Below, piece by piece: positions 41,450 to 52,146 of a stretch of DNA of 64,000 nt. Origin of the DNA: Thermodesulfobacteriota bacterium (GTDB lineage: Bacteria; Desulfobacterota_D; UBA1144; Nemesobacterales; JAJCZQ01); NCBI GenBank assembly GCA_965203965.1, contig CBDBDR010000017.1:544001-608000 (forward strand). The letters run 5' to 3'. The notes beneath the pieces were generated by a model, which was not told the DNA's origin, ran no database searches, and was given only the letters and a program-made list of their open reading frames with translations. The position numbers were made by a program, and so were the translations under genes. The stretch's first letter is position 1. Each line of letters opens with the position of its first letter.

Positions 41450-41719
41450 TTATTGACTACTCTGCCCAACCACTTTTTCTATTACTTTTCTCACTTTCCA
41501 TCTCTTTGTCTTACTAATAGGTTTTGATTCTATTATCATTACCTTGTCTCCTATTTGACACTGATTAAGACCATCGTGAGCTTTCAGTCTTGATCTCCAT
41601 CTGATAGGTTTTTTGTAACGGGGATGGTTTTTGATTCTGCTTATATCAACCACTACTGTCTTATCCATCTTATTGCCTACCACTAAACCGGTTAATGTTT
41701 TCAATCTTCCTCTATGCAT
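41450..41719 (-). CDS. rpsQ: 30S ribosomal protein S17
   Basis: KMDKTVVV, HPRYKK, AHD, PISKTKRW. Confidence 0.95.
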   Translation of the reverse strand: MHRGRLKTLTGLVVGNKMDKTVVVDISRIKNHPRYKKPIRWRSRLKAHDGLNQCQIGDKVMIIESKPISKTKRWKVRKVIEKVVGQSSQ

Positions 41720-41922
41720 TAACGTCTCCTCATTGCAATTTCCTCTCTCTTAACTGTTTCCAAACGAGCTATATCTTTCCTGAGTTGTTTTATTCCAGCA
41801 TAATTATTTATCTGCTTTGTAGCAACTTGAATCCTGATATTGAAAAGCTCCTCCTTCATATCTTTCTCTTTCTTTGCAAGTTCATCTTCTGTTAACTCCC
41901 TGAAATCACTGGCTTTTGTCAT
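41719..41922 (-). CDS. rpmC: 50S ribosomal protein L29
   Basis: ELFNIR, RKDIAR.ETV; operon position. Confidence 0.93.
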   Translation of the reverse strand: MTKASDFRELTEDELAKKEKDMKEELFNIRIQVATKQINNYAGIKQLRKDIARLETVKREEIAMRRR

Positions 41923-42347
41923 TAGAACAACCCCCCGCTGTAATCTCTAGATACAACTCTTGTTTTTACGGGTAGCTTGTGCGAAGCAAGTCTGAAAGCC
42001 TCACGTGCCAATTCTTCAGATACACCACTGATTTCATATAATAGTTGACCTCTTCTTACCGGTGCAACCCATCCAGCAATATCACCCTTTCCTTTTCCCA
42101 TTCTAGTTTCTGCCGGCTTCTTAGTAATAGGTTTATCCGGAAATATTCTGATCCACAGCTTTGCACCTCTTTTAACTTTTCTGGTAATAGAAATACGCGC
42201 TGCTTCAATCTGCTGAGAAGTTATTTTCCCGTTTTCAGTTGTTTGAAGTGCAAGTTCCCCAAAAGATATCTTCACGCCTTTTGTAGGTTTACCCTTTATC
42301 CTTCCCTTTTGTACTTTTCTGTATTTTGTCTTTTTCGGCTGTAACAT
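41922..42347 (-). CDS. rplP: 50S ribosomal protein L16
   Basis: [28 protein letters not shown]. Confidence 0.97.
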   Translation of the reverse strand: MLQPKKTKYRKVQKGRIKGKPTKGVKISFGELALQTTENGKITSQQIEAARISITRKVKRGAKLWIRIFPDKPITKKPAETRMGKGKGDIAGWVAPVRRGQLLYEISGVSEELAREAFRLASHKLPVKTRVVSRDYSGGLF

Positions 42348-42350
42348 TTT

Positions 42351-43007
42351 TTATTGATTACCCTGCTTTGGTTTTTTCTCTAATATCTCTCCTTTAAATA
42401 TCCACACCTTGATACCGATAATTCCGTATGTTGTATTAGCTTCGGCAAAACCATAATCAATGTCGGCTCTCAGGGTTGCAAGCGGTACTCTACCTTCTCT
42501 ATACCATTCTTTCCTTGCTATTTCGACACCTCCGAGTCTCCCAGAAACCATGATCTTAATTCCAATAGCACCTATACGGATCGCCGAAGAAATACACCGC
42601 TTCATTGCCCTACGGTAGGCCACGCGACGTTCAAGCTGAAGAGCACAGTTTTCCGCTACCAATTGAGCGTCTATTTCAGGTCTTCTTACTTCTCTTATGT
42701 CAAGATATACCTCTTTATTGGTAATTCTGCTCAATTTTTTCCTAAGTGCCTCAATTTCCTGTCCTTTTCTCCCAATAAGTATGCCAGGACGTATTGAATA
42801 AATAACAACCCTTACGTGATCAGAGGCAGCCCTCTCAATTTCAATTTTTGAAATACCTGCTTGATAAAAAGTCTTTTTAATTAAAGATCTGATCTTCATA
42901 TCTTCCTGCAGCAGGTATGTATAGCTTCTTTTCTCCGCGTACCACCTTGAACTCCAATCAGTAGTAATACCTAATCTGAATCCAATTGGATTAATTTTTT
43001 GACCCAA
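42351..43007 (-). CDS. rpsC: 30S ribosomal protein S3 (TTG start)
   Basis: [32 protein letters not shown]. Confidence 0.97.
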   Translation of the reverse strand: MGQKINPIGFRLGITTDWSSRWYAEKRSYTYLLQEDMKIRSLIKKTFYQAGISKIEIERAASDHVRVVIYSIRPGILIGRKGQEIEALRKKLSRITNKEVYLDIREVRRPEIDAQLVAENCALQLERRVAYRRAMKRCISSAIRIGAIGIKIMVSGRLGGVEIARKEWYREGRVPLATLRADIDYGFAEANTTYGIIGIKVWIFKGEILEKKPKQGNQ

Positions 43008-43009
43008 TA

Positions 43010-43348
43010 TTATAGCCCCCTCTTTTCTAACTCAATCGTAATATGACTCATTCTTTTTTTCCTCGGTGTTGCTCTACCCATAGCTCTGGCTTTGTATCTC
43101 TTTAATACCGGACCTCCAGATGCAGTGGCAGTTTTAATGTAAAGATAATCCGTTTCTGAATGCCCTTTTTCAGAAGCATTGGCTACTGCGGATTGCAACA
43201 CTTTCGCAACTATAGGAGAAGATTTTTTCTTCAACCCTGACAGTAAGCTAAAAGCATCTTCAACGTTTTTGCCTCTTACAAGGTCTAATACTAATCTCAC
43301 TTTTTTAGGAGACACTTTCATAAATTTTAAGATAGATCTTGAAACCAT
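43010..43348 (-). CDS. rplV: 50S ribosomal protein L22
   Basis: [25 protein letters not shown]. Confidence 0.96.
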   Translation of the reverse strand: MVSRSILKFMKVSPKKVRLVLDLVRGKNVEDAFSLLSGLKKKSSPIVAKVLQSAVANASEKGHSETDYLYIKTATASGGPVLKRYKARAMGRATPRKKRMSHITIELEKRGL

Positions 43349-43363
43349 AACTCTACTCCGGTG

Positions 43364-43654
43364 CTATTTTCCTTTCATCTTCCTGACTTTTTTATCTCCA
43401 GCAGTGTGTCCATGATAAACTCTGGTTGGAGAAAATTCCCCCAGTTTATGCCCTATCATGTGCTCAGTTACATAGACTGGAATAAATTTCTTTCCATTAT
43501 AAACTCCAAAGGTAAGCCCTATCATCTCGGGAACTATCATGGAAGATCTTGACCACGTCTTTATGATCCGAGAGCTGTCAGAACTCTTTTGCAATTCAAC
43601 TTTTTTCATCAGCTTTGGTTCAACATATATTCCCTTTTTACTTGATCTTGGCAT
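43364..43654 (-). CDS. rpsS: 30S ribosomal protein S19
   Basis: [21 protein letters not shown]. Confidence 0.97.
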   Translation of the reverse strand: MPRSSKKGIYVEPKLMKKVELQKSSDSSRIIKTWSRSSMIVPEMIGLTFGVYNGKKFIPVYVTEHMIGHKLGEFSPTRVYHGHTAGDKKVRKMKGK

Positions 43655-43663
43655 ATCTACTCC

Positions 43664-44506
43664 TTAATCCATTCCGTAACCGACTCGTCTTGGCTTGACC
43701 ACGTATTTGTCCGTCTTCTTATTTTTTCTTGTTTTGTAGCCTATGGTTATCCAACCCCACGGAGATACAGGATGTGGATTACCCTTGGTTGCTTTACCTT
43801 CTCCACCACCATGCGGATGATCTACCGGATTCATCGCCACGCCTCTTACGTGTGGCCTTTTACCCATGTATCTGCTCCTTCCTGCTTTACCCAGTTTAAC
43901 AAGTTGATGTTCCGAATTTCCCACTCGCCCAATGGTGGCATTACACTTGATGTGTACTAATCTGATTTCACCCGAACTCAGTTTAATTTGAGCATAATCT
44001 CCTTCCTTTGCATTAATCTGGGCATATCCTCCTGCTGACCTTACAAGTTTAGCTCCCCCACCCGGTCTTAATTCAATGTTATGAATTATTGTCCCAACAG
44101 GAATTTTCTCTATGGGCAAAGAATTTCCCACTTGAATCTCAGAATTTGGACCTGAAGTAACAATATCTCCGACCTTTAAACCTTCTGTAGCTAATATATA
44201 CCTCTTTTCACCGTCTCTATAATGAAGCAAGGCTATTATTGCAGATCTGTACGGATCATACTCTATTGAAGCAACCTTAGCCGGGACGTCATGTTTATCT
44301 CTTTTAAAGTCAATTATTCTATATAACTTTTTATGCCCACCTCCCCTGTTATAACTTGTAATTCTCCCATGAGAATTCCTGCCCGATTTTTTGTTGATCG
44401 AAACGGTTAGAGACTTTTCCGGACTATTTTTTGTTATTTCTGCAAAGTCCTGCCCAGATCTGAATCTGGTTCCGGCAGTTTTGGGTTTGTATTTTTTTAT
44501 TCCCAT
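43664..44506 (-). CDS. rplB: 50S ribosomal protein L2
   Basis: [28 protein letters not shown]. Confidence 0.98.
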   Translation of the reverse strand: MGIKKYKPKTAGTRFRSGQDFAEITKNSPEKSLTVSINKKSGRNSHGRITSYNRGGGHKKLYRIIDFKRDKHDVPAKVASIEYDPYRSAIIALLHYRDGEKRYILATEGLKVGDIVTSGPNSEIQVGNSLPIEKIPVGTIIHNIELRPGGGAKLVRSAGGYAQINAKEGDYAQIKLSSGEIRLVHIKCNATIGRVGNSEHQLVKLGKAGRSRYMGKRPHVRGVAMNPVDHPHGGGEGKATKGNPHPVSPWGWITIGYKTRKNKKTDKYVVKPRRVGYGMD

Positions 44507-44508
44507 AT

Positions 44509-44796
44509 CTAGATGCCTTCAAAAAACTCTATGGTGCCTTCTTTTAATTTGATATACGCTTTTTTCACTGCTGATTGTTTTCCGACCTTCCTTCCAAACC
44601 TCTTTATAACTTTACCTGGGGTTATCAGCGTTCTTACTTTTTCAACCTTTACTTTGAAAACCTTTTCTATGGAGTCTTTGATCTGATGCTTTGTAGCTTT
44701 TCTGTCAAAAGAAAAAACATACCAACTTAACTCCTTTAATTCAGTTGTTTTTTCAGTTAGCAGAGGATTTTTTATTATATTTCTGTAATCTTTCAA
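44509..44796 (-). CDS. rplW: 50S ribosomal protein L23
   Basis: PLLTEK, ATK.QIK, KKAYI. Confidence 0.94.
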   Translation of the reverse strand: MKDYRNIIKNPLLTEKTTELKELSWYVFSFDRKATKHQIKDSIEKVFKVKVEKVRTLITPGKVIKRFGRKVGKQSAVKKAYIKLKEGTIEFFEGI

Positions 44797-45416
44797 CTTA
44801 CAAGCACCTCTTGAATTTTCTCCAGAGAACCTTTTGTCATTACCAAATATTTGAAATTCAATAAATCGTAAACGTTCAAACCACCACCCCTTAAAACTTT
44901 CACATTTTTTAGGTTATTTGCCGATTTCTCTAAATTTTCATTTTTTTCATCTACTAATATAAGGCATTCAGTAATATCAAACTTTTTCATAAAACTGGAC
45001 ACTTGTTTGGTCTTGACCTCTGAAAGATCAAAATTATCAAGAACATATATCTCATTTTCATTGTATTTATGCGACAGTGCAGATTGGATAGCCTGTTTCC
45101 TAACTTTTTTGGGAATAGAAAAAGACCAATCCTTTGGCTTCGGACCAAAAATAACCCCACCCCCTCTCCATAGTGGTGATCTGTTAGAACCACTTCTTGC
45201 TCTGCCTGAACCTTTTTGCTTCCAAGGTTTTTTACCACCTCCACTTACTTCTCCTTTGGTTTTTGTGGAAGCAGACCCTGAACGTCTGGAGGCAAGCTGC
45301 CATCTTACAACTAAATGTATAAGCGCTTCTTTAATCGGACACTCGAATATCTCTGACTTGAGTTCGACATGTCCGGTGTTTTTTTTCTCCAAGTCATAAA
45401 CTTCAACTTGTGGCAA
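44793..45416 (-). CDS. rplD: 50S ribosomal protein L4
   Basis: GGGKKPWKQKGSGRAR, GGGVIFGP. Confidence 0.96.
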   Translation of the reverse strand: MPQVEVYDLEKKNTGHVELKSEIFECPIKEALIHLVVRWQLASRRSGSASTKTKGEVSGGGKKPWKQKGSGRARSGSNRSPLWRGGGVIFGPKPKDWSFSIPKKVRKQAIQSALSHKYNENEIYVLDNFDLSEVKTKQVSSFMKKFDITECLILVDEKNENLEKSANNLKNVKVLRGGGLNVYDLLNFKYLVMTKGSLEKIQEVLVS

Positions 45417-46055
45417 TTATCTATCTCCTTTTTTTGAAATCAGCTTTAAAAATAACTTCCCACCATTGGGTCCGGGAACTGATCCTTTAACTGCAATCAA
45501 ATTTTTTTCTGGGTTTACACTAACTACTTCAGCACTCCGTACAGTCATATTCTCCCCTCCCATTCTTCCCGCCATTTTTATTCCTTTGAAAACCCTGCCA
45601 GGATAAGAAGCCTGACCAATTGACCCCGGTCTTCTATGAGCCATGCCTCCGTGTGAATTAGGTCCGCCTCTGAACCCATACCTCTTCATCGTGCCAGAAA
45701 AACCCTTGCCCTTGCTTACACCTGTAATATCCAATATATCCCCCGAATTAAAAATATCGGCTTTAATTTGGTCCCCCAGTTTGTAATCCTCAACCTTTTC
45801 AATTTTAAATTCTTTCAGAGTTTTCAATAAAGGAGTTTTTGATTTCTTAAAATGCCCTGTCATAGCTTTGTTAAAACCTTGAGGTTTCCCTTCACTAAAA
45901 CCTAACTGAATGGCTCCGTAACCGTTTTTTTCTATTGTTTTTTTTGACACAACATAACAAGGCCCAGCCTCTATCAAAGTTGCTACGACCATAACAGATT
46001 CTTCATTGAAAAACTGTGTCATACCGATCTTTTTTCCAATTATGCCTTGAATCAT
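45417..46055 (-). CDS. rplC: 50S ribosomal protein L3
   Basis: GKKIGMTQ, SKGKGF, RRPGSIG, MAGRMG, KGSVPG. Confidence 0.97.
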   Translation of the reverse strand: MIQGIIGKKIGMTQFFNEESVMVVATLIEAGPCYVVSKKTIEKNGYGAIQLGFSEGKPQGFNKAMTGHFKKSKTPLLKTLKEFKIEKVEDYKLGDQIKADIFNSGDILDITGVSKGKGFSGTMKRYGFRGGPNSHGGMAHRRPGSIGQASYPGRVFKGIKMAGRMGGENMTVRSAEVVSVNPEKNLIAVKGSVPGPNGGKLFLKLISKKGDR

Positions 46056-46060
46056 AAAAA

Positions 46061-46381
46061 TCAGGTTCCCGTTAATTTAATTTCTACTTCAACTCCTGAA
46101 GCTAAATTCAGTTTCATTAACTCGTCGATCGTTTGCTGAGTTGGCTCAAGTATATAAACCAACCTTTTGTGTGTTCTTATTTCAAAATGCTCTCTTGAAT
46201 TTTTATTAACATGAGGTGAGCGTAATACACAGTATCTACTTATTTTAGTTGGTATGGGAACAGGTCCCGATATTCTTGCACCGGTTCGCTTGGCTGTATC
46301 AACTATTTCTACTGTAGATCTATCCAACAGTTTATGATCAAAAGATTTTAATTTTATTCTTATTTTGGAAGCTGCACTCAT
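46061..46381 (-). CDS. rpsJ: 30S ribosomal protein S10
   Basis: [34 protein letters not shown]. Confidence 0.97.
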   Translation of the reverse strand: MSAASKIRIKLKSFDHKLLDRSTVEIVDTAKRTGARISGPVPIPTKISRYCVLRSPHVNKNSREHFEIRTHKRLVYILEPTQQTIDELMKLNLASGVEVEIKLTGT

Positions 46382-46396
46382 ATAATCACCTGGGTT

Positions 46397-47581
46397 TTAT
46401 TCTATAATTCCTGTAACTACGCCGGCACCTACAGTTCTTCCCCCTTCTCTTATCGCAAACCTCAACTGCTCATCCATCGCAACAGGACTTATCAACTCTA
46501 CCTCCATGTTTATATTGTCTCCAGGCATTACCATCTCTACTCCTTCTGGTAATTTTATACTCCCCGTTACATCTGTTGTCCTAAAATAAAACTGCGGACG
46601 ATATCCAGGAAAAAACGGCGTATGCCTCCCCCCTTCCTCCTTCTTCAACACATATACCTCTGCATTAAATCTCTTGTGCGGCGTTATCGAACCAGGTGCA
46701 GACAACACCTGCCCTCGCTCCACTTCATCCTTCCCTATGCCTCGCAGCAACACTCCTACATTATCTCCTGCCTGCGCATCATCAAGTATCTTACGAAACA
46801 TCTCCAAACTCGTAGCTACCGTCTTGTGTGTCTCCCTAAACCCCACTATCTCTATACCATCTCCTGCTACTATCTTGCCTCGCTCTACCCTTCCTGTTAC
46901 TACCGTCCCCCTCCCTGATATTGTAAACACATCCTCTATCGCCATCAAAAACGGCCTATCCAAATCTCGCTCCGGCTCCGGTATATAATTATCAACACTC
47001 CCCATTAACTCCTTTATCTTCTCCTCATACTCCTCTTCCCCTTCCAACGCCTTTAGTGCACTTACCTTAACCACCGGAACCTCATCCCCAGGAAATTCAT
47101 ACTGACTCAACAACTCTCTCACTTCTAATTCCACTAAATCTAACAACTCTTCATCATCTAACATATCTACCTTGTTCAAGGCAACTACCATATACGGCAC
47201 CCCTACCTGCTTCGCCAACAATATATGCTCTCTTGTCTGAGGCATCGGCCCATCTGGTGCACTCACCACTAATATCGCACCATCCATCTGCGCTGCTCCC
47301 GTTATCATGTTCTTTACATAATCCGCATGTCCCGGACAATCCACGTGCGCATAATGCCTACCATCTGTCTCATATTCCACGTGCGCTATGCTTATCGTTA
47401 TCCCCCGCTCCCTCTCCTCAGGTGCCTTGTCTATATTCTCAAACTCTACAAACTCTGCTTGCCCTTGCTTAGATAATACCTTAGTTATTGCCGCCGTTAA
47501 CGTCGTCTTACCATGATCCACATGTCCTATTGTCCCTATGTTTAAATGAGGCTTCCCTCTCTCAAATCTCTCCTTGGACAT
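46397..47581 (-). CDS. tuf: Elongation factor Tu
   Basis: [37 protein letters not shown]. Confidence 0.99.
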   Translation of the reverse strand: MSKERFERGKPHLNIGTIGHVDHGKTTLTAAITKVLSKQGQAEFVEFENIDKAPEERERGITISIAHVEYETDGRHYAHVDCPGHADYVKNMITGAAQMDGAILVVSAPDGPMPQTREHILLAKQVGVPYMVVALNKVDMLDDEELLDLVELEVRELLSQYEFPGDEVPVVKVSALKALEGEEEYEEKIKELMGSVDNYIPEPERDLDRPFLMAIEDVFTISGRGTVVTGRVERGKIVAGDGIEIVGFRETHKTVATSLEMFRKILDDAQAGDNVGVLLRGIGKDEVERGQVLSAPGSITPHKRFNAEVYVLKKEEGGRHTPFFPGYRPQFYFRTTDVTGSIKLPEGVEMVMPGDNINMEVELISPVAMDEQLRFAIREGGRTVGAGVVTGIIE

Positions 47582-47662
47582 CCTTTATTCCCTCCTATCT
47601 CTTATCTCTATCCTTTACTCTCTTCCTCTTTCCTACATACCCACACTGCAAGTGAACCTCTT

Positions 47663-47691
47663 ATTATTATCACACCTATTATTATTGTCAA
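47663..47691 (-). promoter_or_regulatory. Putative sigma70 promoter of the tuf-S10 operon
   Basis: Minus strand TTGACA (47691-47686), 17 nt, AATAAT (47668-47663). Confidence 0.55.
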
Positions 47692-47778
47692 AGAATAATA
47701 GGTCATTTCCTTATATTCACATTCATTATGTTTTTTATCAGGATAACCTGACCTACAGTTAAGTAAGAGAGAGTATAT

Positions 47779-47820
47779 ATGCTTTTATTTTTAAGTTAAT
47801 GCTTTTATTTTTAAGTTAAT
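47779..47820. repeat. 20-nt intergenic tandem duplication
   Basis: atgcttttatttttaagtta x2. Confidence 0.9.
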
Positions 47821-47941
47821 TTATAACTATTGAAATTCAACGTAAGTTGCCACTAATCAATAAAATTCTATTTGATAAAAACTACTACATAAATAGTGGT
47901 GTTCCATGTAGAATACACCCTCAAAGATTGATAGAAAAAAT

Positions 47942-48046
<105 letters not shown>

Positions 48047-48060
48047 TCAATTCACAAATC

Positions 48061-49665
48061 ATGTCATATCTAGTTCTAGCAAGAAAATGGAGACCAAAAA
48101 CATTCAGCGATGTTACAGGTCAACGTTATATAACTATTGCATTGAAAAACGCTATAACTTCCGGAAAACTTGCCCACGCTCTTATATTCTCTGGTCCCAG
48201 AGGCGTTGGCAAAACAACCACTGCCAGAATAGTAGCCAAAGCCCTTAACTGCATTAACTTGGAAAATGAAAAATTGACGTGTGAAAACGGAGACCACACT
48301 TGTTCATTCTGCTCCGAAATATCAGAGGGCAGATGTGTTGATGTATTAGAAATAGACGCTGCATCTCATACAGGTGTGGACGACGTAAGGGAAATAACGG
48401 AAAACGTAAAATACCTCCCGGGTTCTGCAAAAAAGAAGGTTTATATAATTGATGAAGCACACATGCTGTCTCAATCGGCTTTTAATGCACTTTTGAAAAC
48501 GCTTGAAGAGCCTCCCGATCACGTACTTTTTATACTTGCAACCACGGAATCACACAAAATTCCAGCAACTATCCGGTCAAGATGCCAGAGTTATGATTTC
48601 AAAAAACTCTCAATAAACGAAATAAAGTCACAGCTTGAGCAAATCTCAGAATTTGAAGAGGTATCAATAGATCAACAAACGCTGATCACAATATCCAAAG
48701 AAGCTGACGGGAGTATAAGAGACGCACTGAGTATAATGGATCAGCTAATGGCAACATTCGGTAGCAATATCAGTTACGATGAAACTCTCAACGCACTGGG
48801 GCTTTTGGATAAAACCCATTTGTATGAACTGTTAAAAGGCATAATAGAAAAAAAAACCAGTAGATCAATTGAAACACTGAAGCATATAACCAGTCGGGGA
48901 ATAATACACAAAAGGATTGCAGACGACCTTGTAAACATGCTGAGAAATTCTCTCTTCATAAAAATCTGCGGAGATGAATTGGATATGGAATTAACCGACG
49001 ACGATATTAAAAATATTAAAAACCTTGTCTCCGGCAAGAGTGCAGAGGATATTGAGTTGCTCTTCAGTCTCGCAATTGAAAATGCCGATAGTGTGCACAG
49101 GTCATACTTCCCTGATCTTGCTCTGGAATCAATGATTATAAAGCTTGCCTCAATTGATACTACGATACCAATAAACCAGATTATGGAAAAAATAGAGAAT
49201 CTCTCTGTGGCTCTCAATAACAACACTATCCAGAACAAAAAAGTAAATGTTGCACCAACAATTCAATCCACTCAAAAAGAAACAGTTAACGATGAAGAGA
49301 AAACGGAGGAAAAAATTTTTGATACATTCACCTCTTTTATTAAAAGCCAAAATACAATATTGGGATTGTATTTGGAAAAATCAGATTCAATAACCAGAGA
49401 TGAAAAAACTCTTAAAATTGTATTTAACGACAATTCAATCAGTTTTGAAAAAATAAGTAAAAAAGACTCACTGAACAACCTGAAATCATTAGCCAGTGAT
49501 TTTTATAAGACTGAAATGAATGTCAGGGTTGAATTAAGCGACGGACAAGCATCAGCTAAACACAGTGAAAATAGGCTCGTCACAAGAGATGAAAAAACTA
49601 CGGCAGACAACCGTGTTTTCAAAGAGGCAATAAAAATTTTTGATGGAAAGATAGTTAAAAATTAG
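48061..49665 (+). CDS. dnaX: DNA polymerase III subunit tau/gamma
   Basis: LARKWRP, GPRGVGKTT, EIDAAS, IIDEAHML, LLKTLEEPP, SRC. Confidence 0.97.
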   Translation: MSYLVLARKWRPKTFSDVTGQRYITIALKNAITSGKLAHALIFSGPRGVGKTTTARIVAKALNCINLENEKLTCENGDHTCSFCSEISEGRCVDVLEIDAASHTGVDDVREITENVKYLPGSAKKKVYIIDEAHMLSQSAFNALLKTLEEPPDHVLFILATTESHKIPATIRSRCQSYDFKKLSINEIKSQLEQISEFEEVSIDQQTLITISKEADGSIRDALSIMDQLMATFGSNISYDETLNALGLLDKTHLYELLKGIIEKKTSRSIETLKHITSRGIIHKRIADDLVNMLRNSLFIKICGDELDMELTDDDIKNIKNLVSGKSAEDIELLFSLAIENADSVHRSYFPDLALESMIIKLASIDTTIPINQIMEKIENLSVALNNNTIQNKKVNVAPTIQSTQKETVNDEEKTEEKIFDTFTSFIKSQNTILGLYLEKSDSITRDEKTLKIVFNDNSISFEKISKKDSLNNLKSLASDFYKTEMNVRVELSDGQASAKHSENRLVTRDEKTTADNRVFKEAIKIFDGKIVKN

Positions 49666-49679
49666 AAGGTCATCCAACA

Positions 49680-50513
49680 TTAAATGAACTTTCTATTTTT
49701 ATTTATTCTCTCATATTCTTTTACTATCCTACTTAGAGTGGAGTAGTGTAAGGAAAAATAATCAGCCAATTGTTTAAGAGTGTAATCACCGCTCAGATAT
49801 GCTTTTGAAATTGCTGCCTCTCTGGAATTAGAGGAATCTACATACTGCTGAATTGGAACAGATCTCTGTATCTTTGGGATCTCTCTCATATCCTTTTTAT
49901 TATCAATATGGTTTAGCATTTCGGTTATAAAATCCTCATCGCCTAAGAATATCTGCTTTCTTACCTGCTCTAAAACGTTTTCCTCTGAATCTGTAATTGC
50001 TGAAAATTCTGATTTGAAATCATCAAAGAGGCTTTCTACATAATCTTTACTGAACCAGTAGGGACACTCTTCCCTGTCAAACAGATACTTACAACTGCTC
50101 CACTTGAACTGATAGGGAGAAGAAACAAATCCTGACTTCACTGGACGGAATAAAATATATTTAATTAAATCTGTAAGGTATTTGTTCTTTTGAACCAGAA
50201 CTGCTTTGTATCGCCCCTGAAAAATATGACCAACTCTGTTATGCTCCCTGTTAAATTTCTGGGTATAAATCCCGTTCAACTGCCTCATTCCTCTGGATAG
50301 ATTAGGATTTGGTGTTTCAACTACAATCATGTAGTAGTTACCCATAAGACAATATGAATAACAGACCCAGCCAAATCTCCCGCAAACATTTTCAAAAATT
50401 TCCAACCATGCTTCAGCATCCTCGGGCTTCAAAAACACATTCTGTAAAGCATTGCCTTTGGTAATAATAAAATAAACTGCACCGGGTAACTCAATTCTTA
50501 ATGAACGTGCCAT
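49680..50513 (-). CDS. REP-associated (RAYT/Y1) tyrosine transposase homolog with C-terminal HTH; HUH motif lost
   Basis: MARSLRIELPGAVY, YCLMGN, NLSRGMRQLNGIYTQ.FN, GHIFQGRY, WSS, YTLKQLADYFSLHYSTLSR; expected NHYH reads NYYM. Confidence 0.85.
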   Translation of the reverse strand: MARSLRIELPGAVYFIITKGNALQNVFLKPEDAEAWLEIFENVCGRFGWVCYSYCLMGNYYMIVVETPNPNLSRGMRQLNGIYTQKFNREHNRVGHIFQGRYKAVLVQKNKYLTDLIKYILFRPVKSGFVSSPYQFKWSSCKYLFDREECPYWFSKDYVESLFDDFKSEFSAITDSEENVLEQVRKQIFLGDEDFITEMLNHIDNKKDMREIPKIQRSVPIQQYVDSSNSREAAISKAYLSGDYTLKQLADYFSLHYSTLSRIVKEYERINKNRKFI

Positions 50514-50546
50514 AATCGTATATTCTAGCCAATATTAAAATTAACA

Positions 50547-50560
50547 CAAGACTTGACCCC
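50547..50560 (-). repeat. Single REP/end-like motif GGGGTCAAGTCTTG upstream of the RAYT homolog
   Basis: Resembles the GGGGTCAGGTCTTG motif recalled as flanking this transposase subgroup; no partner copy seen downstream. Confidence 0.45.
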
Positions 50561-50652
50561 TAAAATATGTTTCAGATATTTAAATCCCAATCAATGTGTT
50601 TTAAAAGCATTCCTTTTATCCGAAACTTTCTGAAAGAAACACCAAATGTTAT

Positions 50653-51486
50653 TCAACTTTTATCTCTCATATCTTTCAGTAGCTTTATATCAGCAGCAAC
50701 TTGGTTGGGTGGGTTTTCAACAATAAGGTTTAAATGCCTTAGACTCTCGTTTCCAATAATTGCTTCAAATCCCCCCAAACCTATTTTACCTTCACCTATA
50801 AGTTCATGCCTGTCTTTTTTCCCACCCAAACCCACTTTTGAATCATTACCATGAATTAACTTCAGTTTGTCCATTCCAAATGTTTTTTCCACCTGATCAA
50901 GTGTCCTATTTAACTCCTTGTCATCTCTGAGGTCGTAACCTGCTGCAAACACATGTGCAGTATCAAAACAAACACCCAGTTCACTGTTATCAACGATATC
51001 CAGTATTTGAGCAAGTTCCTCAAATTTATCACCAATCGTATCACCCTGCCCTGCTGAGTTTTCCAGTAGCAGTTTCGCGGTTCCATTGTATCCTTCCAAT
51101 ATCCTCAGAATAGAATCAGCAACCCTGATAACTGATCTCTGGCGTGTCATTTCTTTTGAACTTCCAAGATGGGTCATTACATATTTTGCTTTGAGCAATG
51201 ATGACCTATCTAAATCTTTGCTGATAATTCCTATTGAATTGCTTCTTACTTCTTCATCAATGGAAGCTAAGTTAATAAAGTAAGGAGTGTGAACATAGTA
51301 GCTACTCAACCTATATTTTGAACAATCCGACAAAAATTTCCCAATTACATTATCACTTAACACGGGGGCTTTGCCTCCCCGTGGGGATCTTGTGAAGATC
51401 TGAAAGCACTCACAGCCCAGATCAAAAGCCCTGCTTGGTACTTTCTCAACTCCACCTGCAATTGACACATGGCTTCCAAAATACAT
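50653..51486 (-). CDS. nfo: Endonuclease IV
   Basis: GSHVSIAGG, HTPYFINL, LLENSAGQG, CFDTAH, HGNDSK, DRHE. Confidence 0.95.
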   Translation of the reverse strand: MYFGSHVSIAGGVEKVPSRAFDLGCECFQIFTRSPRGGKAPVLSDNVIGKFLSDCSKYRLSSYYVHTPYFINLASIDEEVRSNSIGIISKDLDRSSLLKAKYVMTHLGSSKEMTRQRSVIRVADSILRILEGYNGTAKLLLENSAGQGDTIGDKFEELAQILDIVDNSELGVCFDTAHVFAAGYDLRDDKELNRTLDQVEKTFGMDKLKLIHGNDSKVGLGGKKDRHELIGEGKIGLGGFEAIIGNESLRHLNLIVENPPNQVAADIKLLKDMRDKS

Positions 51487-51585
51487 TGGCGTTGTGGTTA
51501 AAACAAAACGTTCACTGTCAAAATTTATTTATTAAGATATAGTATCCAGAAATTTTTTCCCGTGATAAGGGTGAAAAGATAAATT

Positions 51586-52134
51586 ATGATCCCCGACAAA
51601 GCATTTATTACAAAGGGCGTTGGTAAGCACAAAGAAAAGTTAACCAGTTTTGAGATGGCACTCAGAAACGCCGGCATTGCTTCATTCAATCTTGTAAAAG
51701 TTTCCAGTATATTTCCCCCGTATTGCAAGCTGATTTCCAGAGATAACGGTTTAACCATGTTATCACCCGGACAGGTTGTTTATGTTGTTATGAGTGAAAA
51801 CTCAACAAATGAGCCAAACCGTCTTATTGCTGCATCTGCAGGGTTGGCTATTCCAAAAAATCAAAAATATCATGGCTATATCTCGGAGCACCATAGTTTT
51901 GGACAAAAAGAGACGGTAGCAGGAGATTATGCCGAAGATCTGGCTGCATATATGCTTGCAACAACTCTTGGTGCCATGTTTGACCCGGACAAAAGCTATG
52001 ATGAACAAAAAGATATCTGGGAGATCAGCGGACACAAGGTCAAATCAAGAAACATCACTCAAACAGCAGTTGGCGATAAGAACAGTTTATGGACAACCGT
52101 GATAGCTGCCGTGGTATTTTGCAGCTATAGGTAA
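51586..52134 (+). CDS. Pyruvoyl-dependent arginine decarboxylase
   Basis: SFEMALRNAGI, NLVKVSSIFPP (Ser-Ser self-cleavage site), GYISEH, WTTVIAA. Confidence 0.9.
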   Translation: MIPDKAFITKGVGKHKEKLTSFEMALRNAGIASFNLVKVSSIFPPYCKLISRDNGLTMLSPGQVVYVVMSENSTNEPNRLIAASAGLAIPKNQKYHGYISEHHSFGQKETVAGDYAEDLAAYMLATTLGAMFDPDKSYDEQKDIWEISGHKVKSRNITQTAVGDKNSLWTTVIAAVVFCSYR

Positions 52135-52146
52135 GAACTGTCCCGT

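Noticed and set aside
48848..48856. A9 run in dnaX as a gamma-producing slippage site
   Set aside because: It lies near codon 263, inside the clamp-loader domains; truncation there would not give a functional gamma, and A-runs are common here
49236..49243. AAAAAAG in dnaX as an E. coli-type -1 frameshift
   Set aside because: Phase is AAA AAA G rather than A AAA AAG, and no SD-like or hairpin stimulator is evident
49680..50560. Active IS200/IS605 element
   Set aside because: HUH histidines absent, no tnpB, and no paired ends seen
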